A stretch of DNA of 64,000 nt, from the NCBI GenBank assembly GCA_000320545.1, contig ADNK01000785.1, forward strand, positions 1,007 through 65,006. Reading direction: 5' to 3'. A program made the translations under genes and the position numbers. This document shows, piece by piece, positions 48,450-59,399 of the stretch; the first letter of the stretch is position 1; the number at the start of each line of letters is the position of its first letter. The notes beneath the pieces are model-generated. The model did not search any database. It saw only the letters and a list, made by a program, of their open reading frames with translations, and had not been told where the DNA came from. Origin of the DNA: Bigelowiella natans CCMP2755. Its lineage: Eukaryota; Protista; Cercozoa.

Positions 48450-49568
48450 AAGAATAGATGTGGATACACTGAGAGCAGGAGCTCTCGTGTGGGGAATCTT
48501 TTACGGAGAAGGGTTCTTTACTACCACCTCCACACGCACACATAACCTGATACATTCTCCACCACCATCTCCATTTCATGTGAATCATATAGCCTAACTT
48601 GTTGTCTTAGGGCCGATTGCTCATACCTGGCCAGGATGGCATTGAAGATCAGGGTGAGCGTGTCCAGATTTTAAATAATGATGTAATCAGCCAACAAGCA
48701 TAATGCTTCGATCTAGGTACCTTTTCCCCCTTTATGAAGCCATTGTCACGTGAAGAAACCGGAAAGTTTGGAAGCGTTAAGGTTCGATATCGCCGCGCAA
48801 CTATTACCGAGCGAGATTATTGATTGGAGCAACAGCATCGGTAGTTTACGAGTATTCTTTGTTCGTTCATTAGAACATGGTACAGAACCTCCGCTATCGA
48901 GCTGCACCTTGGATGGAGGTCAACATTGAAGAAGAAGAAGAAGATGTGTTAATCCCTTTTGATTAACATAATACTGAATTTTTCATTTTGATGCGGTTTG
49001 TTATTACTTCAATTCTCCTACCCCTCCCTCAGCGTGCTGAAATGATTGATATTCTTCTCCGAAGCGGTAAGTTATGATTACAAATCAGAAAGAGATACTT
49101 TTGTTCAAACTCGAATAGCTCCCCGAGCTGCCAGTTTAAAAAGTGCAAGAAGTAATCCTCCTTACGTTCTAATACAGGCGTCTCCCCAGAAGCCATCACA
49201 GAGGATGCTGGTGTGACCAGTATGGAGCAAGGGTGCTGAAACAATACACAGTAGTCAGCAAGATGATACTGTACAGCTACGTAGAATATGCGAACGTGAT
49301 GTGGAAAAACGAATGTATTCTCTACACTCCGCCAACGTCCTCTCATGAATGATGAACCACACGATGTGGTACCTTTGTAGACGGGATATTGGACACCACC
49401 ACCACCCATATTGGCAATTTTGTAGAATGAAAATCAACAATCCGCTCACGCCATAATTATCGTCGTCTTTGCCATCCTTCATATCTCAGTAACTGGAGGG
49501 TTGCTTTGGAGGTGATGAATAGCCTCAAGTCACTAGGGTAGTGAATTTACATATATGTATATATGACA

Positions 49569-49606
<38 letters not shown>

Positions 49607-50248
49607 GTGTGTGTGTAGAGCCCCCTGCCAAATACTGTAATTTCCCCACTAAAATTGAATCATCGTCATTATAATCATCATACTCTTCCAAGATTATCCT
49701 CATCCAACGTAACCACCACCACCCATCAGAACGGTGAATAAACCAGAAGAACGCGTCTAGTTGTTTGACTGAAAAATCATGATGTTCATGGCAGATCCGA
49801 AGATGAAGTCCTCAAATACTACGCGGGCGATGAAGAGAATGCTGAGGCGAGTTGGCTTGTCGCATGGCTTAGAAATAGAAATATGATGATGATGATACTA
49901 GTTAGGATAATGATAAAATAATTTACGATTTAGGTTGCATTTGGCCTCAGATATATTCCGAAGGTAAGGAGAATAATAACACGTGCTAAAATTCGTGTTA
50001 TTTGCTATCGTTTATCAATAGCTGCTTATATAAATATACCATAATGAACAAATGTAGGACCTCCGTGTTGAAGCAGCGAAATACGCCATGGAGAAGAATA
50101 TGGACTCAATCGGTAATACTACTACTACTACTAGTAGTAATAGTAGTAGTAGTTATCGTAGCGAGGAGGAGCATGATAGAAGAGGACATTCACGATGACA
50201 TATCATCATCAACAACAACAAAACTTGTGCAGAGGAAAAAAGAAAGAA

Positions 50249-50293
<45 letters not shown>

Positions 50294-50692
50294 TTAACTA
50301 CATAGGCCCTTTCGCAGCAGAGTATCAGCATGAGAGGGCCGTCTCCTCCCCCTCCTCTTAAGTTGATCAATAATCACCATTTTTTATTTATCAGAGAGCG
50401 AGTCTTTGTCCCGGAACATCGTAGACTATAATCGCATAAAATCTCGCGTGGGGGAGAACGCGCTGAAAGGGTGTTACACGCACAACTTCTGCCGCTGCTG
50501 CTTGTAATTTGATGAGATCGCAAACTAAGCCATTGCTCACTGGGATGGTTTTACGATTATTGCCAGCTTCGAATACACGCCTGCAGACTGCGTAGCTCTC
50601 AGGTGATGGATGCAACAGAGAGTGAGATTGATATGGCCCTCAATGCCTATCATGTGTTCCTACGTGATATATGTATGCGAAAATTTGCACGC

Positions 50693-50728
<36 letters not shown>

Positions 50729-50964
50729 GTACGTCGAAAATGTATCGGATGATACATGTTAATTTATTGCATATCCTCCCTCCACCTCCTCCTCCCCCTT
50801 AAAATAATATAGATTATACATCCAAGCTGCAGAAGACTATGATCAGAACAATGTCGCAGGAACGATCTCAAAGGCGAGAGAAACTGGTAAATAATCATGG
50901 TGATAAAATATGTATGTGTGTGTGTGTGTGTGTTGAGCATATCTACATATTGGATAAACACGCA

Positions 50965-51001
<37 letters not shown>

Positions 51002-51165
51002 GATATGTCATGTAATTAGGCTGCTCTGCCACAGCTATGAAGCATCTGGACGAGGTATAGAAGCGGAAATTAGACGGAAATGCGAATTATAGCGTTTGTG
51101 TTGTGATCTTGTGACAAAATAAAATACTATTGCCTGTATTCTCTTCTTCTCCCCCCCTTTCTCTT

Positions 51166-51202
<37 letters not shown>

Positions 51203-51318
51203 ATATTCTCTTTCCTCAGTTGGAAGCTCTGGATTTTGCGTCGCGAAGACAGATCATTTTCAAGTTTAAAGCTGATACAGAGGAATTCGATAAAGCCTTG
51301 ACCTTGGATGCTTTTTAG
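48450..51318 (+). CDS. Hypothetical multi-exon protein
   Basis: Chain of short exons following AG acceptors (NMVQNLRYRAAPWME; RAEMIDILLRS; DLRVEAAKYAMEKNMDSI; QVMDATESEIDMALNAYH; LEALDFASRRQIIFKFKADTEEFDKALTLDAF*). One intron appears to need a GC donor (49847). No family recognised; start unresolved. Confidence 0.5.
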
Positions 51319-52489
51319 ATAACACCCCAACAAAGGAGGTATATTGAGAACCGAGGTAACTACACTATAACCTTTGCAGGGCGACAAAGTGTCGAAAATT
51401 CACCCACACCCTCTTGCCAAAAAGTGTTGAATTATATTCCGTCTCTACGCGCTACATGTAGTGATATGAGTAACGGTAGGATCTGATGATAATGGTGATG
51501 ATGATGACGATCATGATGATGATGATGATGATGATAGTCACATTCATCAACATTGGTATCTACAGTGTAGTAGACGCGTAGAGTTGCCACACATCTAAGT
51601 TGGATTTAATCATTGCATGTCAAAATGTGACATGACTAGATCACAAAGTTGAAAAGCGAACAATGTGCTGTGCGACCTGCTAGCAGCCGCAACATTTTGT
51701 GCTCTGATGCGTGTGTGCAAATGGCGTTAGAGCGCCACAATCTAGATGTAGTCCTCTGTCTAGCTACACTGGTACGTTTGATTTGTTTCAGTTGTCATCC
51801 TAATCTAGCTGATGTAGCCATGCAAAACTGCGGCTAAACGCAACTGCGCTTGAATGCACTGCGCAATTGCGAGCATGTGCACGCTCACCACTGCGATGCA
51901 TCATCCTGCACGTCCATTGGCACAATATTGGAGGGCTGGGTGCGGTGCGATGTGCGCGCAGTGAGCAAAAGCTAGCAAACGAGCAGGTAGCGGTGTTCAG
52001 ATTGAACTGGGATGTCATCATGCGAGGGTTGACCGCCCTCTGACAAGTGTCAAGCTTGTCATCAGTCACACGTGATTGCATTGGGTTTCTAGGCCGCGAC
52101 AAGGCTAGTCCTTGTCGTGCGACATGCGTGTGCATTCCTTGTCGCGGCAGGCTGAAGCGTCACGGCAATGCTTGTCGCACCTGTGCCGCTTCACCTGCTG
52201 CTACGTGCACAGTTAATTTGCTAATTTCCTCGGTTCATGCTCGCTTACGTGTTGACTACATGCATGTCAAACTTGCGCGAACATGGGAGCATCAACACGC
52301 CTCCCAAATTGGCAAATTGACTGACGCGCATGCACGCATGCACGTTTCCACAACGAGCAAACCGATGCATCATGCTGCGCATGCGATGCCTCTTCAATCA
52401 AGCAGGCCACCACATGCGTTGCCGCCATTGGAAGCTTGCACTCACTCGTGGTCGAGCTGCAGGCTTGAATGCATGCAAGCTTGAATGCA

Positions 52490-52815
52490 TGTAGCGCGTA
52501 CCACTACGCGGGCACAAGTCACGTGCGACAACAAAGGGGTTGTCGCGGATATAGAATATAGATAACGTAGATATTAATACAGCATAGGCACGTGGGTTCC
52601 GGCGGGACTCATGGCAGCACACCGGAAGTGTGCTGCCCCACGTGCGGCGGCATTCGCGAAAGCTTCGCGAATGATTACGCAGTGCACGATTTAATAAAAA
52701 TATAATCTTTAATAAAAATAAACACAACTCTTCAAAAGGAAGCAAACGTGCCTTTCCCCCCCCCTGCCTACTTGTGCACGTAGCGCCTCGGCCTGTGAAC
52801 ACCTTACGCGCAACA
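52490..52815 (+). repeat. Gypsy 5' LTR
   Basis: tgtagcgcgta...tacgcgcaaca; identical by eye to 57880-58205. Confidence 0.95.
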
Positions 52816-52820
52816 ACCTT

Positions 52821-52837
52821 TGGCTTCCACACACGGG
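52821..52837 (+). promoter_or_regulatory. Putative primer-binding site
   Basis: tggcttccacacacggg, 5 nt after the LTR; TGG pairs with tRNA CCA. The cognate tRNA (Glu/Asp-like) is not established. Confidence 0.55.
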
Positions 52838-52854
52838 AAACGATTTGACTAACA

Positions 52855-55800
52855 ATGTCACAGCAGCTAGAAGAACAGCAGGACTTTGGCTCGCAGGCCG
52901 TGCAAGGGCACGAGCAGAAACAGGAAAGGAAGGGCGATACGGACGCTAAGGAAGGAGGAGGAACACCTCCACAGGCACCGCCGGGACCAGCACCCGGGAT
53001 TAAGAAAGCAGATGCAGCAGCAGAGGCACTGGAGAACTTCTACGAGGCGGACGACGAGGACGTGGCCGCCGAAAGCAAGAAGGTCGTAATGGCATTACGA
53101 GCCTTGCGACCCAGGGCGAGCAACTACGCCAAACTGAAAGTATCGATAGAATACAAGTATCAGACACATGATGTTTGGGCAGCTATCATGCAGGACATCA
53201 TGGATTACGAAGCAGACTTACCTCCAGAGTGGGCAGCTTTGTTTAGGAACGACGGGGGTCTGGGCGCCTCGCGGGGGACGACCCAGAGCACCGTCAAGCA
53301 GCAGCAGCCGGTACAGCGGAACACCCAGTTCATGTCTGTTAAAACAGCACCGGTTATGATAACGAAATACAACGGGAAAAGAGGTGAGGCAAGGAGGTGG
53401 TGGAAGAACGCTAGGAGTATACTCTGCGACTTTACCCCTAACCCCACCGAAAACGACAAGCTCAAATGGCTAGCTATAATAAAGCAAGCCATGGACCTTT
53501 ACGAGACAGGCAGGACCCGGATCAGGCAGCTAGAGAAAATACACACTACAGTTAGTGGGCTACGAGACGTTGAGGCGATAATGAAGGCTTTTGTAAATGA
53601 ACAGGATGCTAACTCCCTACCCCAGGCTATTAGAAAATACAGAGCAATGATGCAGCATGAGAGAGAACCTGTTAGAGACTTTGCCACGCGCTTCCAGGAT
53701 ATGATCGACGAACTACATGATTTTAATTACAACACAGGTGATGATCAGGCAAGGTTTGAAGAGTTCAAGTTAAAGATAAAGGAATCCACTTACGTTACGG
53801 AGAAAGGCTACACCACGATGGAGGCAGCAGTGCAGGCTATATCCCTACGCGAGCAGGAGCAGGACCGCAAGTTTACCAGCCCTAAGGTACCTGGCATAGG
53901 AAACATTAACGCTATTAAGCCGCAGCGAGACTGGTACAAGGACAGGGAAGGTAACCGACGTTGCGGATACTGCTCACGTAAAGGGAAACACACCGCTAAA
54001 GACTGCAGAGACAGGAAAGAAGGACGACCCAGGATGACGATCAGGCAGCTCAACGAACACTACGAGAAGTTAAAGAGAAAGAAAGGCAGAGGACAAGGAT
54101 ATAACAACAGCAAATGGCAAGGCAGCAACAACGGGAAGAACAATAAATATAAGAACAAAAAGCAGAACAGTATCAATGCTATACAGCAGCAGATAAACGG
54201 AATATTAGATCACCTTAAGCAGGCGCCGACGAAGACAGCAGTACCAGCAACGCAGGACCAAGACAAGCCCATGACCCTAGACGACATAAAGAACTTAGGA
54301 GTATGCAACATTAATGACGAAGACGCTAACAGGACTATCAAAGTTGCTATGACCAAGGTTAAAGTTAAAGACAGCTACGGAGACTACAAGAAACTACCTG
54401 CCCTTTGGGATAGTGGCAGCATGCCGAAGTCCTTCATAAGCCTAAGCACAGTAAGAAGGTTAGGACTATTGGATCAAGTGACTAAGAAAGAACGTAAATA
54501 TGCTCAAGCAGACGGAAGCTCTTCCATGAAGACCGTCGGTGAGCTAATGCTAAAGCTACAGATACCTGGCAGCGACGCGGAGACCCAAATCAAGACCCGA
54601 GTAGCCATGACTTTATCCATGGAACTACTCCTCGGACAGGATGCCCTAGAAAAATTAGGGGGGATCATATCATTCTACAATCACAAGATATACTTTGCTA
54701 AGTTGCCAAAGAAGTCAGGCAGGACCATCAGCCAGAACATGATACGGCTTGACGAGTGGACCTCTGAGTCAAGCGTTAATGCGTTAGAGTTTATGGACCT
54801 AGCGGACAACAAGCTACCTACACCTACCGAGCTACGGAAGAAGAACCCCGGCAAGACCATCCGACAGATAACGGAGCTACTGGACAAGACCCCCCCAGCT
54901 GATGATTGGGATATCGACAAAGGCAAAAAGTACATTAATAAAATATTAAACGAGAAGTACTCTGACATCACCAAGCCGACGACGAAGCCCTCCAGCAAGC
55001 TTACCCCAGTAAAGATCGAGCTAAAGAAGGGATACGAAGAGTGCATCATCAATGACCCAGAACATAGGCGACCGGAAGCGGACTGGGAAAAGATAGAGTG
55101 GCAGATCAATGAATGGGCAAAGGAAGGGAAGATAGAGCCAAGCAACTCACCATGGAACGTGAGACATGTGCTAGCTAAGAAACCTACTTACCCTTTCTTC
55201 CGCCTGGCGCACAACTTCATCCGCCACAACCGAGTAATAAAGAGGATCCAGACACCTACACCAAGGATAGATGACGTTATTGAACACGTCATAGGATACA
55301 AATACTACTCTTCCCTAGATAAAAATGAATCATACATGCAGACACCCATCCACAAAACCTCCCGCCCCATTACCGCGTTCTCCAGCAGGCACAGGAAGTG
55401 GCACTTCGTCGTATTCCCTTACGGCCTAAGCATATCAGGGGATGCGTTCAGTAGTCAGAACTACAGGGCATACACACATGATGGGATGGCGTCTGTGTTG
55501 TGGGTGTTTGTGTTTGTGTATGTGGATGATGACATAATATGTACCAACACAGTCGTCGCTCAGATCTTCCTCCTGGAAAATATATTTATTAGGTTTGCAC
55601 ACTTCGGTTTTACTATTAGACTGCAGAAGTGTACATTCCTAGCTACAAGAATCAAGTGGTGTGGATATTACCTGGAGCAAGGCCGCATCACCCCAAACCC
55701 CGAGAAAGTAGCAGCACTACAGCAAGCCCCTAAACCTAAGAATGCAAAGGAGTTAAAGTCATTCTTGCAGACTGCAGCTTGGATACTACGTAGGTTCTCC

Positions 55801-57828
55801 CCTACCTACGCTAGGACTGCAGCTGCTTTTACTACTGCTTACCGGAAGGAGAACTCTGTAGGCCTCAGCTTCGCTAAGGTGTGGGCCAAGGCTGGCCTTG
55901 ATGCCCACTTCGATAACCTAATAAAGTTATGCAGCAACACCCTATTGAATGCTAAGCTAGACACTACTAGACCAGCTACCCTATGGACAGACTGGTCTAA
56001 GCTAGGTATGGCTGCTGTACTTACCCAAGACCAGCAGATCATACGGGTGTGGGGCAGGGCCTGCACAGCAGCTGAGGCCAAGTACAGCCCTACAAAAGGA
56101 GAGTATAAAGCCATGACTGAGGCGCAGAGGAAACTAAGATACTACCTGCTGTCGGTGCCCAGCTTCACCTTAATGACTGACCACAAGCCCCTCCTAGGCA
56201 TCGACCGCAAGCTCGAAGCGCCTAACGATGAGTATGCAGCTATGAGGGCGGACACGGAAGAGTTTAGGGACAAGAGGACAGTGGTCTACGCACCAGGAGA
56301 CAAGCAGCTTGCTGACTATTTCAGCAGGCTGTTCGAAAAGAAAGTCCCTACCCAGGTCACCCCTATGGTTAACGCGATTACCTTCGAGGACGGCGACTTC
56401 CTGCCTGAGCCAGAGGAGCTCCAGCACCTTCAAGAACACCTGGATAAATACAAACACAAGCATGAGGTACTTAGTGATAGGATATATGTATACACTAATA
56501 ATGTTAGGCGTACCTACGTGCCACGGCGGACCAGGGGAGCCCTTCTCTTTACCGCCCATGGACCTGCACACGTAGGAGAAAACCATATCACTGCTCTACT
56601 CTACCATTACTACTGGCCCTACAAGCTAAAAGAGATAAGGACATACCTGCGTGGCTGCAGGCGCTCCAGCTTGAAGGCGGCAGGCGTCGCCACCAAGGAG
56701 TCCAGCAAGAGCCGTGCATCTAAGAAAATCAAAGCAAGGAACTTCTTAGATATCGTGCAAATTGATGTTTATAAGTACGATGGCTATCACTACCTTACCT
56801 TCGTTGATGTGGCCACTGGAAAGTGCTGGGTTAAAAAGATTATCAAGGTCAACGTTGCTAAGAAGAACAAAGGCTTATATAAGCAGAGGCTTACTAACTG
56901 CTACCGTACCTGGGAGTCTGAGCTCCAGGCTATCCCTGATGAAGTTAGCATAAACAAGATACCAAAGAAGTTACATGTGGATAATGAGACCTCTCTTCTA
57001 CAGCTACCACACCCTAATATTGATGCCTCACCTGTATACTATGCCCAGTCCAACTCCAAGGTAGAGCGACTCCACCGCACCTTGGCCAACCTAAGCAGGA
57101 TAAATAGCACCACACCAGACAAGATACAAGGGTTAGTAAACGACACCTTCACGTCTGGGGGAGGTATCAAGGATAAGGAGAGGGAAGAAGGCGACGACAA
57201 CGACGACGATACCGAGAGCGAAGACGAGAAGGTCCCGTACGATGGCCGAGTTCTAAAGGAAGGACAGTATGTTAGGGCCAAGGTAAATCTGAGATCGAGA
57301 AATAAACAAGACCCCTTCTGGGGTGGCGTTGCAAAGGTTACCGAGAGGAAGGGGAGGAAGCAGTACTACATCTATGATGGGAACAGGGTCACCTTGCGCC
57401 ACATCAGTCACCTAAAGAATTATGATATCGGTGAGAAGCTCCTAGAGGATGTTAAAGTAAACCCTACTGTGTGGGAGCGAGCAATGCCTTGTTTAGGACC
57501 CCGACCTAAGTTCGATGTGGAATATGGAAACAATAAGGTCAGGGTGAACGACGATTGGCGCATGAAGATTGTCTATCTAGGCTACCCTGGATTACGAAAT
57601 ATGGAGAGGGTAGCTATGAAAATAAAGGACGGAAAATATCAGCTACTCTACCTAGCTGTTCCCGACTTACCCTTTGAGCACTGGTATAAGGTCCTGGGGG
57701 ACCTTGATGCAGAGGGCTGGTATGGACACGAACCTAAGGACGAAGGTGAGTTCTGGGTAAGCGACAAAGGAGATAAGGTTAGAGAGGAATCTATTACCTG
57801 GTGGTTGGTGAAGTTCCGAAAGCGATGA
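52855..57828 (+). CDS. Gypsy Gag-Pol polyprotein (1657 aa) with extra C-terminal domain
   Basis: Zn knuckle CGYCSRKGKHTAKDC, protease LWDSGS, RT FPYGL/YVDD, RNase H TDWS...TDHKPL, integrase VQID/HVDNE/KVERLH, SH3-like integrase tail (DPFWGG...RHISHLK). Confidence 0.95.
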   Translation: MSQQLEEQQDFGSQAVQGHEQKQERKGDTDAKEGGGTPPQAPPGPAPGIKKADAAAEALENFYEADDEDVAAESKKVVMALRALRPRASNYAKLKVSIEYKYQTHDVWAAIMQDIMDYEADLPPEWAALFRNDGGLGASRGTTQSTVKQQQPVQRNTQFMSVKTAPVMITKYNGKRGEARRWWKNARSILCDFTPNPTENDKLKWLAIIKQAMDLYETGRTRIRQLEKIHTTVSGLRDVEAIMKAFVNEQDANSLPQAIRKYRAMMQHEREPVRDFATRFQDMIDELHDFNYNTGDDQARFEEFKLKIKESTYVTEKGYTTMEAAVQAISLREQEQDRKFTSPKVPGIGNINAIKPQRDWYKDREGNRRCGYCSRKGKHTAKDCRDRKEGRPRMTIRQLNEHYEKLKRKKGRGQGYNNSKWQGSNNGKNNKYKNKKQNSINAIQQQINGILDHLKQAPTKTAVPATQDQDKPMTLDDIKNLGVCNINDEDANRTIKVAMTKVKVKDSYGDYKKLPALWDSGSMPKSFISLSTVRRLGLLDQVTKKERKYAQADGSSSMKTVGELMLKLQIPGSDAETQIKTRVAMTLSMELLLGQDALEKLGGIISFYNHKIYFAKLPKKSGRTISQNMIRLDEWTSESSVNALEFMDLADNKLPTPTELRKKNPGKTIRQITELLDKTPPADDWDIDKGKKYINKILNEKYSDITKPTTKPSSKLTPVKIELKKGYEECIINDPEHRRPEADWEKIEWQINEWAKEGKIEPSNSPWNVRHVLAKKPTYPFFRLAHNFIRHNRVIKRIQTPTPRIDDVIEHVIGYKYYSSLDKNESYMQTPIHKTSRPITAFSSRHRKWHFVVFPYGLSISGDAFSSQNYRAYTHDGMASVLWVFVFVYVDDDIICTNTVVAQIFLLENIFIRFAHFGFTIRLQKCTFLATRIKWCGYYLEQGRITPNPEKVAALQQAPKPKNAKELKSFLQTAAWILRRFSPTYARTAAAFTTAYRKENSVGLSFAKVWAKAGLDAHFDNLIKLCSNTLLNAKLDTTRPATLWTDWSKLGMAAVLTQDQQIIRVWGRACTAAEAKYSPTKGEYKAMTEAQRKLRYYLLSVPSFTLMTDHKPLLGIDRKLEAPNDEYAAMRADTEEFRDKRTVVYAPGDKQLADYFSRLFEKKVPTQVTPMVNAITFEDGDFLPEPEELQHLQEHLDKYKHKHEVLSDRIYVYTNNVRRTYVPRRTRGALLFTAHGPAHVGENHITALLYHYYWPYKLKEIRTYLRGCRRSSLKAAGVATKESSKSRASKKIKARNFLDIVQIDVYKYDGYHYLTFVDVATGKCWVKKIIKVNVAKKNKGLYKQRLTNCYRTWESELQAIPDEVSINKIPKKLHVDNETSLLQLPHPNIDASPVYYAQSNSKVERLHRTLANLSRINSTTPDKIQGLVNDTFTSGGGIKDKEREEGDDNDDDTESEDEKVPYDGRVLKEGQYVRAKVNLRSRNKQDPFWGGVAKVTERKGRKQYYIYDGNRVTLRHISHLKNYDIGEKLLEDVKVNPTVWERAMPCLGPRPKFDVEYGNNKVRVNDDWRMKIVYLGYPGLRNMERVAMKIKDGKYQLLYLAVPDLPFEHWYKVLGDLDAEGWYGHEPKDEGEFWVSDKGDKVREESITWWLVKFRKR

Positions 57829-57870
57829 AGGTCTAAGGGAATAAGGAAGGAAGGAAGGAGCAACGTGACT

Positions 57871-57879
57871 TGGGGGAGG
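57871..57879 (+). promoter_or_regulatory. Polypurine tract
   Basis: tgggggagg directly abutting the TG of the 3' LTR. Confidence 0.85.
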
Positions 57880-58205
57880 TGTAGCGCGTACCACTACGCG
57901 GGCACAAGTCACGTGCGACAACAAAGGGGTTGTCGCGGATATAGAATATAGATAACGTAGATATTAATACAGCATAGGCACGTGGGTTCCGGCGGGACTC
58001 ATGGCAGCACACCGGAAGTGTGCTGCCCCACGTGCGGCGGCATTCGCGAAAGCTTCGCGAATGATTACGCAGTGCACGATTTAATAAAAATATAATCTTT
58101 AATAAAAATAAACACAACTCTTCAAAAGGAAGCAAACGTGCCTTTCCCCCCCCCTGCCTACTTGTGCACGTAGCGCCTCGGCCTGTGAACACCTTACGCG
58201 CAACA
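57880..58205 (+). repeat. Gypsy 3' LTR
   Basis: Direct repeat of 52490-52815. Confidence 0.95.
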
Positions 58206-58563
58206 GGTAGGAAGCGCCAATGGCCGCAAAAACCTCCCGTTGCTTTGCACAATGTGCAACAGCTCCAGAATCGAACTCACTGCAACGCACGTGCAGTTCG
58301 ATTCGGTGGCTCAGGGCACGGCCTGCCACGATGATCCTGCACAACCAGTTGCAATGCTTGAGTTGCACGGTGAGTGGCGATGCATGCTCGCACCTTCCGC
58401 TCGTTCTGCATGCGAACCGAACAGAAGTGCAGCCATCCGCTTCACCGTCAACTGCATCTACATCACTGATGTCAGAATGCATCACTCGTGACAGCTGACG
58501 CCACAATTACGAGGAGGAAAGCTCTCACGAAGAGCAGCCATCCGCCTCCCCAATTTGCAAATT

Positions 58564-59357
58564 TGTTACCGAATTAATTTCGGTTTCGAAAAATTCGAAA
58601 AAATTCGAAATGCGAAATTGTAAAAAACAATCTTTGTGCACTAAGCACTATTTCATTTTCTCAAAATGGGGTTGATCCTACGAAAATGCAAAATGATCGC
58701 AAAAAATGCAGGCGGTTATTACGCCAAGCGAGAAAAATGTCAGGAAAATATCCACACACTCACAAAAATACGAAGGTGGAATGGAAGGGAGAGAGGGGGG
58801 GGAGGGGGAAAGGAAAGGAAAAAATCAAGGTGACCCCTAACCCCCCTTCAAGTTGCAAATTGAGTGGCCTTTGCATTTTTTATTATGAACATCCTTTCTT
58901 TTCAAAGGAAAGGACTTGAACCAATTACTTTGTTTGTTTCCGTTCTGTTCGCTACAATCAGTACGCGAACCAGAAGGATTTTCCTCCGGACCAAAGGTCC
59001 GTAAAGGAAATGCGGTGTGGGAAAGGTAATTGTTCAATATTCTTTTTGCATTGGTGTCCTTTCTTTATCAAAGACAAGGATACAAACTAACTTGATCATT
59101 TTTCCTTTGCATATTCCAGCAAAAGGCGGGTTTCAATTTCGTGAAACCATCCGCCTCGCAAAGCGAAAAATTATCCGGGAAGAACCGGAAAGGTAGGAAA
59201 CCAATAATCGCAGGGTGTAGTTAGCATCAAGCAACTACAGGTTCCTTTCTCTCCTTAATGCTTAACCGGAAAATTTATAATTCAATACCAGTTATAATAA
59301 CCGAGTATTCTATTGTGTTTATAGGTTCGAACTGAGCCTGAAAACTAATTCTCAACA
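58564..59357. mobile_element. Possible LTR of a third element
   Basis: Bounded by tgttaccgaatt...aattctcaaca (imperfect TGTT/AACA inverted ends); non-coding; no TSD seen. Confidence 0.3.
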
Positions 59358-59399
59358 AGGTAATCCTTATCACTCGTAGGACACCACTGCAGATAGCAA

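Larger units (their letters stand above)
52490..58205 (+). mobile_element. Full-length Ty3/Gypsy LTR retrotransposon
   Basis: Two 326-bp TG...CA LTRs, PBS-like sequence after the 5' LTR, polypurine tract before the 3' LTR, single gag-pol ORF in PR-RT-RH-IN order. Confidence 0.96.

Noticed and set aside
50871-50890. Second GC donor in the unknown gene
   Set aside because: A nearby GT donor (actg|gtaaat) keeps the frame without it.
52585-52650. Hammerhead ribozyme in the Gypsy LTR
   Set aside because: A three-way junction is possible, but the CUGANGA and GAAA core is absent on both strands.
52398-52832. Duplicated antisense ORF (also 57833-58252)
   Set aside because: It is the LTR read in reverse; no protein-like features.
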